From Nitrospirota bacterium (lineage in GTDB: Bacteria > Nitrospirota > UBA9217): 64,000 bases of DNA. A model generated the notes under the pieces. It saw only the letters and a program-made list of their open reading frames with translations, had not been told where the DNA came from and did no database searches. Shown here piece by piece: positions 10,456-22,109 of this stretch. The position numbers and the translations under genes are program-made. The stretch is taken from NCBI GenBank assembly GCA_963845065.1, contig CAWJQQ010000003.1:1-64000 (forward strand), read 5' to 3'. Every line of letters begins with the position of its first letter. Within the stretch, counting starts at the first letter, position 1.

Positions 10456-11856
10456 CTACCAGGAATAAGCAAGCTCTGCCATAACCTCATCATTCCGTGA
10501 ATACGCCCCAAAGATCGATTGTAGCGGTCCTTCCAACGTTATTGCGGTGATGCCAGCCTTCCAGGAATCTGAAAGTACATACCAGATGTTTGCTTTTGCC
10601 ATGTTGTCGCCATGTTCGGGATTGTAGGCAACGTTCAGGTTCGTTTCAATCTTCTGATTCATCCATCCTATCTTCATATTGGCCCAGAGAAGGGTTTCTA
10701 TCTTATTTTCATACAGCTGGTTTATATTGCCAAAGATGAGCGTCTGTTGGGCCTGTACGGTCAACAAACCATCCTCGAACATACGATAATCCGCCCCGAG
10801 CCCGTAATCCAGAGTATTGTGTTTCTGCTCAATAGAATTATTCAGCGGGCTGATTCCCAGTGAAGGTACTGAAGGATATCCCCAAAGTTCACTCTGAACA
10901 TTAAGATAGCGGTCTCCCGTGTAAGCGGCCTCGGCCCTGAGGCTCAAGTCGCCTTTGACTGCCGCAGCATCCATTCCGATGACGTTGATCTTATGAAAAT
11001 CAGGCACGTATCCCGGGTCGACGTTTATCTTCGTGACTTGGGGTATGATTGAGAGTGAGGTAGTTTTGAACACCGGCCTCGGATCATAGCCGTGGAACAG
11101 GTTTACAGCCCATTCAATTTCACCGGCATGTTTGATTCGAAGACCTACACTACTGTTCTCAATCTTACGATCAGGAAGGTTCGGTTCTTGGGGAACGATT
11201 TCTGCGTTAGTGACACTTTGCGCGATCATTGAAACGATCGATGTACCTGCCCAGCGTTCATACGGCATTGGAAGTCGATAAGGGACGAGCATCGGAACCC
11301 ACACGGTTTCATAAGTCCAGCCTGCTGCACCAAAGGCTGCTGAAAGAGAGGGAACCCCGATTTTTCTATCCTCGAGCGGTTTGAGCAAGAATTGAGTATA
11401 GTCCCAGGGATTCAAAAGATCATTTGGCGGATACTCATCCAATTGTCCCCAGGCAAAACGCTGTATGCCCGCGCGGAGGTCGAGACTACCTGACGTGTGC
11501 GTGACGTAAAATTCCTTGAACTCTAGATAAGGCGAGTTGCTCTGATAGACATGGTCGTAGTTCTTGAACAACGCATGGTCTTGTACAGGCCTCTGAACCG
11601 TGCCATCCCAGCCGCCTTCGAGCCAGGAATGGAACCGCCATTCCGGGTTCATGGTGTCGAGCTTGATCTTTCCGGTCAAGCTTGCATTTTCTTTTACACT
11701 ATCCTTGTCTAATGCATCCACTCCAAGCATGTCCAGGCTGCCTGAGACGGAGAGAGATTCGTTGGCGAAGGAAGGAGAGACAACAAATATTATGAACAAA
11801 ATGAGCGAGAGGAGTTGATGCAATGAAGATAGTGTGTGGATAAAATGTATTCGCAT
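10456..11856 (-). CDS. Putative outer-membrane beta-barrel protein (DUF1302-like)
   Basis: Signal peptide, LRAGIQRFAWG motif, alternating beta pattern, C-terminal aromatic (AYSW). Confidence 0.7.
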   Translation of the reverse strand: MRIHFIHTLSSLHQLLSLILFIIFVVSPSFANESLSVSGSLDMLGVDALDKDSVKENASLTGKIKLDTMNPEWRFHSWLEGGWDGTVQRPVQDHALFKNYDHVYQSNSPYLEFKEFYVTHTSGSLDLRAGIQRFAWGQLDEYPPNDLLNPWDYTQFLLKPLEDRKIGVPSLSAAFGAAGWTYETVWVPMLVPYRLPMPYERWAGTSIVSMIAQSVTNAEIVPQEPNLPDRKIENSSVGLRIKHAGEIEWAVNLFHGYDPRPVFKTTSLSIIPQVTKINVDPGYVPDFHKINVIGMDAAAVKGDLSLRAEAAYTGDRYLNVQSELWGYPSVPSLGISPLNNSIEQKHNTLDYGLGADYRMFEDGLLTVQAQQTLIFGNINQLYENKIETLLWANMKIGWMNQKIETNLNVAYNPEHGDNMAKANIWYVLSDSWKAGITAITLEGPLQSIFGAYSRNDEVMAELAYSW

Positions 11857-12185
11857 ATGTTTGAGAAAACCAATTTGTCCACGTAAAAGGTAATCTACAA
11901 CAGTTTTATCCTGAACGTTAGAAATGACTTGTGAATCAACAATACGGCAATAATAAAAGGTCTGCTGATACGAGATATTATCGATTATTCACAAACCGCT
12001 TATCAAATTGATACTAACACGTTCAAAAGCAGTAGAAGATGAAGTTAAAATCTTCGATAACGATGACTAGTTGCATTTACAACTTAAAAATTGGACGCAC
12101 ATGATGCAAAATAATAACTAGTAAACGGGAATTGATGATCGCTGTTTCGATCCGGTTTACATTAGTGTTGTCTGTGTCAAGAAAA

Positions 12186-13067
12186 TTACTTTCCTGTTTG
12201 CACCAGCGAACGCTGCGAGAACAGATCATCGGGAAAGTGAGTATGGTACTGAATATGCTCAATCGACAGCTCCGTTCTGTGGCTGGTCTTTTTGTTCTCA
12301 ACGTTCCATATAAAAGGAGTCGGGATGCCGTCAATGATTTTGACGTCTTTGAAATCCACCGTACGATAAATGTCGTTATCCTGATAATAGTCAATCTTAA
12401 GATGGATCCAGAACTCTTTCGAGACCCAGGCGATGTACCTTGTGTACTTCCGGTGAATTTTTGGCGTCACTTCTATCACGTAGCAGGGTTTATTGTCTAC
12501 TATGTCTTCTTTCAATATGTTGAACTTGTAATCATCGAGATTAGGGGGTCCTCCGAAATCGTCATAGGACAGATCCGAACCGAAAAAGGAATCATCTTGC
12601 GAACTCGTGGGAATGCGGCGAATTCGTTTGTATTCCGGGAAGTAGGCCCAGAGATCGCGGTCGGCAAAAGTATGAGCGTGAATAAGGAAAGCGACGTTCT
12701 TCAGGTCCGGAGGCGACCGGAAAACGACGAGAACCTTATATGCCTCGGGGTCAGCTTTTTTACTGTACTCGGTGAGCGATCGCGTTCGCTTGCCGCCACC
12801 TTTGTCGAAGAGGACCATTTTCGCCTCTGTTTTCCGGTCAAGAGACTTGGAGCGCACATCGTGGACCTTCTCGTAGACTTCACGGCCGGACATGGCCAAG
12901 GAAGGAGGGGAGAGTACCAATGTTCCAAAAAAAATGACTACAATAAATAAAATTCGTGATACCCATCCATCCAGGTGGATAGTGAGGAGTGTGGCGTTCG
13001 GAGTAGGCGGAAACAAAAAATACCGCACTTTATAATTTGGTCTATGAATTTTGAACTCTTTATTCAT
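12186..13067 (-). CDS. Outer-membrane lipoprotein-sorting (LolA-like) protein
   Basis: F.SPPD, WAYFP..KRIRRI, SFFGSDLSYDD motifs; start overlaps the permease stop. Confidence 0.82.
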   Translation of the reverse strand: MNKEFKIHRPNYKVRYFLFPPTPNATLLTIHLDGWVSRILFIVVIFFGTLVLSPPSLAMSGREVYEKVHDVRSKSLDRKTEAKMVLFDKGGGKRTRSLTEYSKKADPEAYKVLVVFRSPPDLKNVAFLIHAHTFADRDLWAYFPEYKRIRRIPTSSQDDSFFGSDLSYDDFGGPPNLDDYKFNILKEDIVDNKPCYVIEVTPKIHRKYTRYIAWVSKEFWIHLKIDYYQDNDIYRTVDFKDVKIIDGIPTPFIWNVENKKTSHRTELSIEHIQYHTHFPDDLFSQRSLVQTGK

Positions 13068-15651
13068 ACGCCAGCGCCTCCACAATGTTGGTATTTGCCG
13101 CACGTTTGGCTGGATAAATGCCTGCAAGTGCGGCAAGTACAGTAGAAAGAACAATTGCCCAGAAGACCGAGGCATAGTAGACGTGGTACTGCATACTTGC
13201 ACCGTAGTCTCCCCTGAGAAAACCTTCGAGACTCATCCACCCGATTATAATCCCTGCTCCTGCACCTAGCATGCCGCCAATGATGCCGAGAAGCATGGAT
13301 TCGAATACGACCACACGGGATACTTGGCTCCTGAGCATTCCAATGGAACGGAGGATACCGATCTCACGCGTGCGCTCGAGTACTGACGCGAGCAGAGTGA
13401 CTATGATGCCCAGGCAGGCGATCGCCATAGTAATGATATTAATAGCGTGATTAACGGCAAAGCCCTGGTCGATAATCTTGCGGATCTCGTTTTTAAATTC
13501 GCGCACTGGCAGCACAAAGAGTTTTCGATCATTCCCGAATCTTCTAGCGATCTCATCTCGCACGGATGCGACGTTGTCCTTTGACTTCACCCGGACCGAG
13601 AACGAATCGGCAAGATATTCTTTCCAGTATCGGCGGTAGGTATACATGTCCATCAGTACTGAACCAGAGTCAGAGCTGTAGTCGACATTGATGATCGCGA
13701 CTTTGAATGAGACCGGTCCTTCAGGAGTTGGGAGGATCATTGTATCTCCGGGTTTGATGTGCTCCTGTGATGCGAGGGCTTCGTTTACCGCAATATAATT
13801 TTGATTTGGCATGAGGCGAGCCATATCTTCGCGTTTTCCTTGAGCGATCTTGAAAGGACTGTACTCGAGCCTGCGGGTGATATCAAGAGTAAGGAGCAGG
13901 ATACGTCGGCCATGATAATCGATATAGATCTTACGGAAGGGGTCAGCCGAGAGTACGCCTGGGACCTTTTCAATGTCTTTCCACATCTCAACTGGCATGG
14001 GAATGTTCTGCGAGCCCGTAGTAGCGACTGGATGGCCTGAAGTTACGATTATGTCTCCTCTCACGTAGGAATCGATCCATTCGAGTACTGATTGTTTCGT
14101 GCTGTAGATGATGCCTGCGGAGCTGACAAACACAGAGATGCCGTAAAAAATAGCTGCCGCTGCCACTGCGTTTCGTGTAATGTTTTTTTGGAGGTTGAGG
14201 CCGGCAAGTCTTCCTGCGGGGCCGATGCGCAGAGATATGAACTTATGGAAGAGGGTAAGAAAGCCCTGGAGTACGGCAGGCATAGCCAGAGATATCCCAA
14301 GCAGGAGGAATATGGTTGCGGAGAACATGGTAGCCGTACTGTGGAATACAGACGATCCGGCTGCGGATTTGTAGAGCAGAAGCAGTAGTAAAGCGAGAAT
14401 GACAAAAATAGTGGCACCGAACTTGAGCCTTCGACCTGAGAGGAAACCTTCTTCCGAAAAGGGCACCGATCGAATTGCCGAAATCGGAGTTATACGACTG
14501 CTTGCAAGGGCAGGGAAAAATGCTGCCGCTAGGCTAGCAACAATGCCCGTGGTGAAGCCAATAATAAGATTGGTCCAGGATATGGCAATCTCGGATATCG
14601 ATGTCCTTATATACAATTCCGAAACGGTCTGACCCACGGCGCCCATAGCAGATTTTGCAAAGATGATGCCGACGACCAAGCCGAGACCTGAACCCACTAT
14701 GGCCATGACAAAGTTTTCCCCAAGAAAAAGCGCGATGGTCTGGCGCCGAGTCGTTCCTAATGCGCGCAATATTCCGATCTCTTTTCTTCGCTGAACCACG
14801 GAGATCGAGACCGCATTATAGATAAGGTACATGCCAACGAACACGGCAATAAAGCTGATGAGGTTTATATTTTTTTGAAAGCGGGAGATAAGGAGTTCCA
14901 CCTGCTTTGTCCTACCTTCTGGTGTTACGACGTTGTACCCCTCAGGTAATGCTTGCTTGATGCGGTCGCGAACGGTATCGAGGTCTTCGCCGCGAAGGAG
15001 GCTCACATCTATCCGATCTATCCTGCCTTCCTTACCGAAAGACATCTGTGCAGCCGGATAATCCATGATCGCTATGTTGCCATCCATGGTTTTCGCTGGG
15101 CCCTCCGGGTTCAAGAGACCACGCACCCGAAAGGTTTGGATGCCCCGCACGGTTTCGACCTGTATCTTCTGGTCTATCTTAATCCCTTCGCGATCGGCAA
15201 GTTGTTTGGTAAGCAGGATGGAGTCGGGACGCGCAAGGAACAAGAGTGGATCCGGTATGTCGGAATTTTCTTCTGAGAGTTTATAGTCACGAATGTTGCT
15301 GTCCTGAAGCACGTCGACACCGAGGATCATGAGCGAACGTTCCTTTGCTCCGACGAGGATGCCCTGAGTGTCGATCACCGGCACGGCATATTCAACGCCG
15401 GGAACTTTTTGAACGCAATCGATGAGGTTTTCGGAGAAGCCCGATGCAGCGCCGGTGATCTGGAGCACCGCCCGTCCGGTTACTCGGTTGATTGAATCTT
15501 CGAATGATCGAAGGACGCTTTTGTTTACAATACCGATGGAAACGATTGCGGCAACGCCTAGGCAGATACCCGCCACGGTCATAAACGTGTGGACCTTCTG
15601 GAGCCGTATTCGTCTGATACTGATGTAACGGAGGAGATTGGCAAGGTTCAT
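13060..15651 (-). CDS. ABC transporter permease, FtsX/MacB-type, two modules
   Basis: Two QRRKEIGILRALG / ERTREIGILRSIG motifs with periplasmic domains. Confidence 0.92.
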   Translation of the reverse strand: MNLANLLRYISIRRIRLQKVHTFMTVAGICLGVAAIVSIGIVNKSVLRSFEDSINRVTGRAVLQITGAASGFSENLIDCVQKVPGVEYAVPVIDTQGILVGAKERSLMILGVDVLQDSNIRDYKLSEENSDIPDPLLFLARPDSILLTKQLADREGIKIDQKIQVETVRGIQTFRVRGLLNPEGPAKTMDGNIAIMDYPAAQMSFGKEGRIDRIDVSLLRGEDLDTVRDRIKQALPEGYNVVTPEGRTKQVELLISRFQKNINLISFIAVFVGMYLIYNAVSISVVQRRKEIGILRALGTTRRQTIALFLGENFVMAIVGSGLGLVVGIIFAKSAMGAVGQTVSELYIRTSISEIAISWTNLIIGFTTGIVASLAAAFFPALASSRITPISAIRSVPFSEEGFLSGRRLKFGATIFVILALLLLLLYKSAAGSSVFHSTATMFSATIFLLLGISLAMPAVLQGFLTLFHKFISLRIGPAGRLAGLNLQKNITRNAVAAAAIFYGISVFVSSAGIIYSTKQSVLEWIDSYVRGDIIVTSGHPVATTGSQNIPMPVEMWKDIEKVPGVLSADPFRKIYIDYHGRRILLLTLDITRRLEYSPFKIAQGKREDMARLMPNQNYIAVNEALASQEHIKPGDTMILPTPEGPVSFKVAIINVDYSSDSGSVLMDMYTYRRYWKEYLADSFSVRVKSKDNVASVRDEIARRFGNDRKLFVLPVREFKNEIRKIIDQGFAVNHAINIITMAIACLGIIVTLLASVLERTREIGILRSIGMLRSQVSRVVVFESMLLGIIGGMLGAGAGIIIGWMSLEGFLRGDYGASMQYHVYYASVFWAIVLSTVLAALAGIYPAKRAANTNIVEALAYE

Positions 15652-16337
15652 AACGCCTGTCCTGTAGATACCATGTCTTCTGCGACACTGCCATCTTTTA
15701 AGGTGATGGTGCGCGTACCGTAGGATGCGGCTTTCGGATCATGGGTAACCATCACAATGGTCTGCCCTTCGTCATGGAGCCCTTTTAGCAGGTTCAATAT
15801 TTCTGTACTTGTATGTGAGTCTAGGTTACCGGTAGGTTCGTCAGCTAAAAGAACGGCAGGATCTGTAATGAGAGCTCGGGCAATTGCAACACGTTGCATC
15901 TCCCCTCCTGAGAGCTGCTCTGGCCGGTGTTCAATGCGGTTTCCGAGGCCAACTTTTTGGAGAAGCGCCTCTGCCTGAGGTTTGATTTTCATGAAGGGGA
16001 TGCCCTCGAGCAACAGTGGGAGGCCGACGTTTTCCGCTGCGGTAAGAATGGGCAAAAGATTAAAGAACTGGAAGATAAACCCCACCCGTCTCCGACGAAT
16101 AAGAGTGAGTTCATCATCGGAAATTCCGTGTAGTGGCCTATTATCTATGAAGATTTCACCAGACGATGGCTGGTCCAGTCCGCCGATAAGGTTCAAAAGT
16201 GTGCTCTTGCCGGATCCGCTTGGTCCCATGACGGAAAGGAACGCTCCAGTCTTGATGTTGAGAGTGACGTTGCTCAGGGCCCGGATCTCTTTTGTGCCGT
16301 GAGTATAGGATCTACTTACCTGTTTCAGCTGGATCAT
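15648..16337 (-). CDS. ABC transporter ATP-binding protein (LolD/MacB-like)
   Basis: [24 protein letters not shown]. Confidence 0.95.
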   Translation of the reverse strand: MIQLKQVSRSYTHGTKEIRALSNVTLNIKTGAFLSVMGPSGSGKSTLLNLIGGLDQPSSGEIFIDNRPLHGISDDELTLIRRRRVGFIFQFFNLLPILTAAENVGLPLLLEGIPFMKIKPQAEALLQKVGLGNRIEHRPEQLSGGEMQRVAIARALITDPAVLLADEPTGNLDSHTSTEILNLLKGLHDEGQTIVMVTHDPKAASYGTRTITLKDGSVAEDMVSTGQAL

Positions 16338-16510
16338 TGGATACCTCGTGGTAACAATTCTAGCCGTTCGGCAGAATATTGTAAAGACGTTTTGTTATGC
16401 GAGTGATAATTTTACCTGAATAAAATTTATTTTTAAAATTAATGATTTTGTGTTATAACGTCTTCTATTGATTTGGGTTATAATCTTATAACATAATAAC
16501 TGGAGGGCTT

Positions 16511-17086
16511 ATGAAAGTTATTGCATTTAACGGGAGTGCGCGAAAAGAAGGGAATACGTCTATTCTTTTGAACCTTGTACTGGATGAGTTAATGGCGGAA
16601 GGGATTGAAACGGAGATTTACTCTTTGGCCGGAAAACTGGTCCAGGGCTGCATCGCGTGCTTTAAGTGTTTTGAGAATAAGAACAGACGCTGCGCTGTGG
16701 AAAAAGACATAATCAATGAATGCATCCAAAAGATGGATGAGGCCGACGGCATTTTGCTCGGTTCTCCGACTTATTTTGCCGATGTATCCGCAAGCATGAA
16801 AGCTTTGATCGAACGTGGCGGGATGGTGGGGCGCGCGAATGTAGATATGTACAAGCGTAAAGTCGGAGCAGCCGTAGTTGCAGTCAGGCGTGCAGGTGGG
16901 ATTCATGTGTTTAACTCGCTCAACTATTTCTTCTCGATAAATGAGATGATCATACCTGGATCAAGCTACTGGAACCTCGGCATAGGCAGGCAACCGGGTG
17001 AAGTTAATAATGATGTTGAGGGCGTGCAGACCATGAAGAACCTGGGTAAGAACATGGCGTGGCTGATGAAGAAGATTGAGGCGTAG
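16511..17086 (+). CDS. Iron-sulfur flavoprotein / flavodoxin family
   Basis: NGSARKEGNT, CIACFKC...C cysteine cluster, GSPTYF. Confidence 0.9.
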   Translation: MKVIAFNGSARKEGNTSILLNLVLDELMAEGIETEIYSLAGKLVQGCIACFKCFENKNRRCAVEKDIINECIQKMDEADGILLGSPTYFADVSASMKALIERGGMVGRANVDMYKRKVGAAVVAVRRAGGIHVFNSLNYFFSINEMIIPGSSYWNLGIGRQPGEVNNDVEGVQTMKNLGKNMAWLMKKIEA

Positions 17087-17281
17087 GATTAACGTGGTTT
17101 TGACAGCAGTTGGATTAAGGACGAGCGGACTCGAGACAACTGCCGAAGATGACTGAGTAGTCTGAGCTTCATGGTAGCGATGATGGAGCATTTCTTTGCA
17201 ATTGGAAAATTCGTTTCAGTGCTTAATTCAAAAGACTAATGGATTCGATAGATTTAAAGAGGGGCCGAGCAGAGAAAGTTC

Positions 17282-17311
17282 TTGACAGAAATACAGTAAT
17301 TGAGGTACTGT
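17282..17311 (+). promoter_or_regulatory. Sigma70-type promoter of the pyr operon
   Basis: TTGACA-18 nt-TACTGT upstream of the PyrR leader. Confidence 0.55.
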
Positions 17312-17328
17312 ATTAAAGAAGTTTATTT

Positions 17329-17362
17329 CTCTTTAAGTCTGGTCCTGTGAGGCCAGGAAGGG
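17329..17362 (+). promoter_or_regulatory. PyrR-binding RNA element
   Basis: CTTTAAGTCTGGTCCTGTGAGGCCAGGAAGG matches the PyrR binding loop consensus (CUUUAA..GUCC.GnGAGG), upstream of pyrR. Confidence 0.82.
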
Positions 17363-17416
17363 TTCAAATGAAAAAATTAATTAGCGGACACTTACGCTCA
17401 CGGTCAAACATATACC

Positions 17417-17450
17417 AACCTTCTTTCTAATTTGGAAAGAAGGTTTTTTT
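17417..17450 (+). terminator. Attenuator terminator of the pyrR leader
   Basis: AACCTTCTTTC/GAAAGAAGGTT stem followed by a T-run, just before pyrR. Confidence 0.85.
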
Positions 17451-17483
17451 GTATCTTTTTTAATATTAACAGGAGTCAAAACG

Positions 17484-18026
17484 ATGAGCATCAAGGAAAA
17501 AGCCCTAATCTTCGATAAGATCGGAATCGATCGGGCGCTTACGAGAGTAGCCCACGAGATCTTAGAGAAGAACAAGGGGGCCGGTGATCTTGTCCTTGTC
17601 GGCATCCAACGAGGCGGTGTTCATCTTGCGAAGCGCCTTGCGGCAAAAATCCTTGAAATCGAAAAAGTTGTGATCCCGGTCGGATACCTGGATATCACTA
17701 TGTATCGGGATGATCTTGCAACACGCAAGACTCAGCCCGTTCCTCAGGCCACAGACATCTCGTTCGATATCCAAGATAAGATCATGGTTTTGGTGGACGA
17801 TGTGGTTTTTACCGGTAGGACCATTCGAGCGGCATTGAATAGTATCATGGATTATGGCAGGCCAAAGCGAATTCAACTTGCGGTCCTCGTGGACCGGGGA
17901 CACCGAGAACTTCCGATCCGTGCCGATTTTGTGGGGAAAAATCTACCTACTTCGTCCAGGGAAAAGGTTGAAGTCATGCTGGCCGAGGATGGCGGCGATG
18001 AAAAAGTTGTAATTCTCGGAGAATAA
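17484..18026 (+). CDS. pyrR: Bifunctional pyr regulator / uracil phosphoribosyltransferase
   Basis: [40 protein letters not shown]. Confidence 0.97.
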   Translation: MSIKEKALIFDKIGIDRALTRVAHEILEKNKGAGDLVLVGIQRGGVHLAKRLAAKILEIEKVVIPVGYLDITMYRDDLATRKTQPVPQATDISFDIQDKIMVLVDDVVFTGRTIRAALNSIMDYGRPKRIQLAVLVDRGHRELPIRADFVGKNLPTSSREKVEVMLAEDGGDEKVVILGE

Positions 18027-18104
18027 AAAAAAGAGGTAAGGGCAAAATAGCAAGGGTCACGGGAATCCCTTAGCTTTGGACTATAGCCCGCAAACGTTAA
18101 ACTT

Positions 18105-19037
18105 ATGTTTCTCAGTTCTAAAGACTTACTCAGCATCAAAGGCATGACCGCTGATGAGATTAAACTCATACTGGACACTGCCTCGACGTTCAAGGACGTG
18201 TCTGAGCGGGACATCAAAAAAGTGCCGACGCTTCGCGGCAAGACAGTGATCAATCTTTTCTACGAAGCGAGCACGCGTACGCGAACGTCTTTTGAGCTAG
18301 CGGGAAAACGACTTTCGGCCGACGTGATAAACATATCCACGTCGACCAGTAGTGTAACTAAAGGGGAGACGTTGCTCGATACGGCCCGGAATATCGAGGC
18401 AATGAAGTGCGATATCATCATCGTTCGCCACTCCTGCTCAGGCGCTCCGGAATATCTTTCCAAAAAACTCAAGAGCTCGGTGATCAATGCCGGAGACGGG
18501 GCCCACGAGCACCCCACGCAGGGGCTTCTCGACATGTTCACTATTAGGGAAAAGTTTGGCAAACTCGAAGGACTGACCGTGGCCATCATCGGCGACATTA
18601 TGCACAGCCGGGTCGCGAGGTCAAACATTTACGGACTCACGACCATGGGGGCGAAGGTTCGTGTCTGCGGTCCTCCTACCATGGTCCCATCGGGCATCGA
18701 GTGTCTGGGCGCTCAGATTTACTACAATATTGAAGAAGCAATCGAAGGAGCGGATGTGGTGATGATGTTGCGGCTCCAGCTAGAGCGCCAAGCAGCCGGT
18801 CTCTTTCCGAGTGTGCGTGAATACGCAAGACTGTTCGGGCTCAACCCGCGGCGACTGGAACGGGCAGCGAAACATGCGATCGTAATGCATCCCGGTCCCA
18901 TGAACAGGGGAGTGGAAATATCGTCCGAGGTTGCAGACGGAACTCCCGTCATTCTGGAGCAGGTCACGAATGGCGTAGCTGTACGGATGGCGGTGATGTT
19001 CCTGCTGTCTGGGGGTATAAAGAGCGAGGCTCAGTAA
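18105..19037 (+). CDS. pyrB: Aspartate carbamoyltransferase catalytic subunit
   Basis: [24 protein letters not shown]. Confidence 0.97.
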   Translation: MFLSSKDLLSIKGMTADEIKLILDTASTFKDVSERDIKKVPTLRGKTVINLFYEASTRTRTSFELAGKRLSADVINISTSTSSVTKGETLLDTARNIEAMKCDIIIVRHSCSGAPEYLSKKLKSSVINAGDGAHEHPTQGLLDMFTIREKFGKLEGLTVAIIGDIMHSRVARSNIYGLTTMGAKVRVCGPPTMVPSGIECLGAQIYYNIEEAIEGADVVMMLRLQLERQAAGLFPSVREYARLFGLNPRRLERAAKHAIVMHPGPMNRGVEISSEVADGTPVILEQVTNGVAVRMAVMFLLSGGIKSEAQ

Positions 19038-19162
19038 ATGCAATATCTATTTATGAGAAATAGAGAAATAGGAAAAAACAGAGAAGCGAGATAGCTTCGA
19101 ATTTTAGCCCCACTCACTCTTAATTCCCTTTTTCAACAGAGGTCTTTCATCAGGTGCTTATT

Positions 19163-20425
19163 ATGAATATCTTGCTTAAAAACGGCAACGTAATTGATCC
19201 CGCAAACAGAGTCGACGAAAAGCTTGACATCCTTGTGGCTGACGGCAAAATCGCCAAACTTGGAAAGCCGGGTTCGATCCCTTTGAACGGCTTTCATGTC
19301 ATCGATGTAGCAAACAAACGCGTGGTTCCTGGCCTCATCGACATGCATGTGCATCTGCGCGAACCAGGATTCGAATACAAGGAAACGATCTCAACTGGGA
19401 CGGCCTCGGCAAAAGCTGGTGGATTTACCTCGGTCTGCTGCATGCCGAACACCAACCCTGTAAATGATAACCGTTCGGTTACTGAATTTATACTTTCTCA
19501 GGCTAGGGATGCCGCAGCGCGGGTTTATCCCATCGGCGCCATAACGAAAAGCTCAGAAGGCGAAGAACTGGCAGATATGGGAGAGCTCCATTCAGCAGGA
19601 TGCTTCGCCATCTCTGACGATGGCAAACCAGTTATGAACGCGTCAATCATGCGAAGGGCACTAGAGTATTCGAAGATATTTGACATGCTCGTCATCTCCC
19701 ACTGCGAAGATACAATGCTAGCGGCAAGGGGTGTGATGAATGAAGGTATCGTATCTACCGAGCTCGGCCTAAGGGGCATACCTCACGCAGCCGAGGACGT
19801 AATGACGAGCAGGGACATCTCCCTCGCTGAATTGACCGGTGCGAGGTTGCACATCGCGCATGTAAGCACCGCCGGGTCGGTGCGCATGATACGCGATGCG
19901 AAGTCCCGCGGCGTTAAAGTGACAGCAGAGACCTGCCCGCATTACTTTTCTCTAACCGAAGAAGCAGTTCGTAGTTATAATACCTTGGCAAAAATGAATC
20001 CCCCCCTCCGCACGGTTAATGACGTTGCCGCGATCAAGCAGGGACTCAGAGATGGCACAATTGATTCGATCTCGACTGACCATGCTCCGCATGCAGCAGA
20101 TGAGAAGTCCGGCGAATTCGATTACGCTGCCTTCGGAATTGTTGGTCTCGAAACTGCACTCGGTCTTGCATTAAAGCTCGTGGACGAAGGGGTCCTTACG
20201 CTTTCTGAAACTATCTTAAAACTCAGTGTTAACCCTGCCAAAATACTTAAAATCGGCAAAGGCTCGCTGTCTATAGGTTCCGACGCGGACATTACGATCA
20301 TTGACCATTCTGAGGAATGGGTTGTTGATTCATCCTGTTTTAAATCCAAGTCCAAGAATACACCGTTCAATGGTTGGAAGCTCAAAGGCAAAGCTATTCA
20401 GACGATTGTGGGTGGGAGGCTGTAA
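19163..20425 (+). CDS. pyrC: Dihydroorotase
   Basis: DMHVHLREPG, MPNTNP, KMNPPLR, TDHAPH. Confidence 0.96.
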   Translation: MNILLKNGNVIDPANRVDEKLDILVADGKIAKLGKPGSIPLNGFHVIDVANKRVVPGLIDMHVHLREPGFEYKETISTGTASAKAGGFTSVCCMPNTNPVNDNRSVTEFILSQARDAAARVYPIGAITKSSEGEELADMGELHSAGCFAISDDGKPVMNASIMRRALEYSKIFDMLVISHCEDTMLAARGVMNEGIVSTELGLRGIPHAAEDVMTSRDISLAELTGARLHIAHVSTAGSVRMIRDAKSRGVKVTAETCPHYFSLTEEAVRSYNTLAKMNPPLRTVNDVAAIKQGLRDGTIDSISTDHAPHAADEKSGEFDYAAFGIVGLETALGLALKLVDEGVLTLSETILKLSVNPAKILKIGKGSLSIGSDADITIIDHSEEWVVDSSCFKSKSKNTPFNGWKLKGKAIQTIVGGRL

Positions 20426-20882
20426 TATTGGCTAGGTGTAACGCCTCTACCATCGTGAACGGTTTCATCCGTATTATTATCGGTGGGTAGTGCCCTCTTA
20501 ACGCCCATGAGAAAAACGGTGTATTTCATCATTCCATCATTATGACTGTTTACCGAGACATAGTTAGAAGTTAGTTGTTTACTGCCACGACATCGTTTAA
20601 TTGCAACAACTTACGTGTAGAAATCTTGATATTGAGGGCCGCTTTAACCACCTAGATGCCGAATGAGAGCATTCATTAGAGATCAACGTCAATACAGAGA
20701 AAGTCAGACTGTGAACGATGTATTGGCATATTTTTTAGTGCACGATGTATTGACAGTTAACAGTTAGTTAATTGACAATAACGGTGAGTTGCGAAAAAGA
20801 TTCTGATTATGGATTCCAGAACTCATCCCATGAAAGCAAGAAGACCCGATGTGATGAGTCACATAGGTATTGAAAGAGGATT

Positions 20883-22013
20883 ATGGCAATGAAAAAAGCG
20901 CTTCTTGCATTGGCTGATGGTTTGGTGTTCGAAGGAAACTCCTTCGGAGCGGAAGGAGAGACTTCTGGAGAGATCGTATTTAATACGAGCATGATTGGTT
21001 ACCAAGAGATTCTAACCGATCCTTCGTATAAAGGACAGATTGTGACCATGACCTACACCCAGATCGGCAACTACGGCATTAATGAGGAAGATGTCGAATC
21101 CGTTAAACCATATGTCGAAGGGTTTATCGTGAAAGAGAGTTGCAATATCCCGAGCAACTGGAGATCAATGAAGTCCCTCCAGTATTATCTGCAGGAGAAC
21201 GGGATTGTTGGCATCCAGGGAATAGACACCCGGGCATTGACCCGCCACCTCCGCGACTTTGGAGCCCAACCGGGAGTGATTTCTACCAAAGACGGCAATC
21301 CGGAAAGCTTGGTTGCCAAGTCAAAGGCGGTTCCGAAAATGAGCGGCCTCGATCTCACCAAGGACGTGACCTGCAAGGTGCCTTACACCTGGGACCAGGG
21401 AGATTGGGACATCGCCACAGGGTACGCCAAGAAGACAATGTCGCAATACAAGGTGGTGGCTTATGATTACGGTATTAAACGGAACATTTTGCGGCTATTG
21501 ACCCAGGCAGGCTGCGAGGTGACCGTCGTGCCTGCAACTATGCCCCCTGAAAAAGTGCTCGCAATGAACCCTGACGGGATTTTCCTTTCGAATGGGCCTG
21601 GCGATCCTGAGCCCGTAACTTATGCCATCGAGAATATCAGGAATCTGCTCGGGAAGAAACCCATCTTTGGAATCTGCTTGGGCCAGCAACTTCTGGGGCT
21701 TGCGCTAGGTGGGAAGACATACAAACTTAAGTTTGGGCATCACGGTGGCAATCAACCAATCATGGATTTAACAACTCAGAAAGTCGAAATCGCAGCCGAA
21801 AACCATGGGTTCGCCGTTGATATGGAAACAGTGAAAGACAAGGTAGTGATGACGCACATGAACCTGAACGATCGGACCTGCGAGGGGTTTCAGCACAAGA
21901 CCCTTCCGGCCTTTTCAGTTCAGTACCATCCCGAGGCGTCACCTGGGCCGCACGACAGCAGGTATTTGTTCCAAAAATTTGTGAATATGATGGAGAAGGA
22001 GAAAAAGAAATAG
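20883..22013 (+). CDS. carA: Carbamoyl-phosphate synthase small subunit
   Basis: [31 protein letters not shown]. Confidence 0.97.
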   Translation: MAMKKALLALADGLVFEGNSFGAEGETSGEIVFNTSMIGYQEILTDPSYKGQIVTMTYTQIGNYGINEEDVESVKPYVEGFIVKESCNIPSNWRSMKSLQYYLQENGIVGIQGIDTRALTRHLRDFGAQPGVISTKDGNPESLVAKSKAVPKMSGLDLTKDVTCKVPYTWDQGDWDIATGYAKKTMSQYKVVAYDYGIKRNILRLLTQAGCEVTVVPATMPPEKVLAMNPDGIFLSNGPGDPEPVTYAIENIRNLLGKKPIFGICLGQQLLGLALGGKTYKLKFGHHGGNQPIMDLTTQKVEIAAENHGFAVDMETVKDKVVMTHMNLNDRTCEGFQHKTLPAFSVQYHPEASPGPHDSRYLFQKFVNMMEKEKKK

Positions 22014-22109
22014 TATTTCCTGCGATCGAAATGGCGAAGAGAAAATCGAAAGAGTTTCGAGAAAGTATACTCACACAAACTGAGTCTTTGCGAGAGATAA
22101 TATCGCTTT

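Noticed and set aside
12132..12950. 272-aa ORF on the plus strand
   Set aside because: Antisense to the LolA-like gene
20426..20882. Long pyrC-carA intergenic region as ncRNA or second PyrR attenuator
   Set aside because: No PyrR motif, terminator or convincing structure seen
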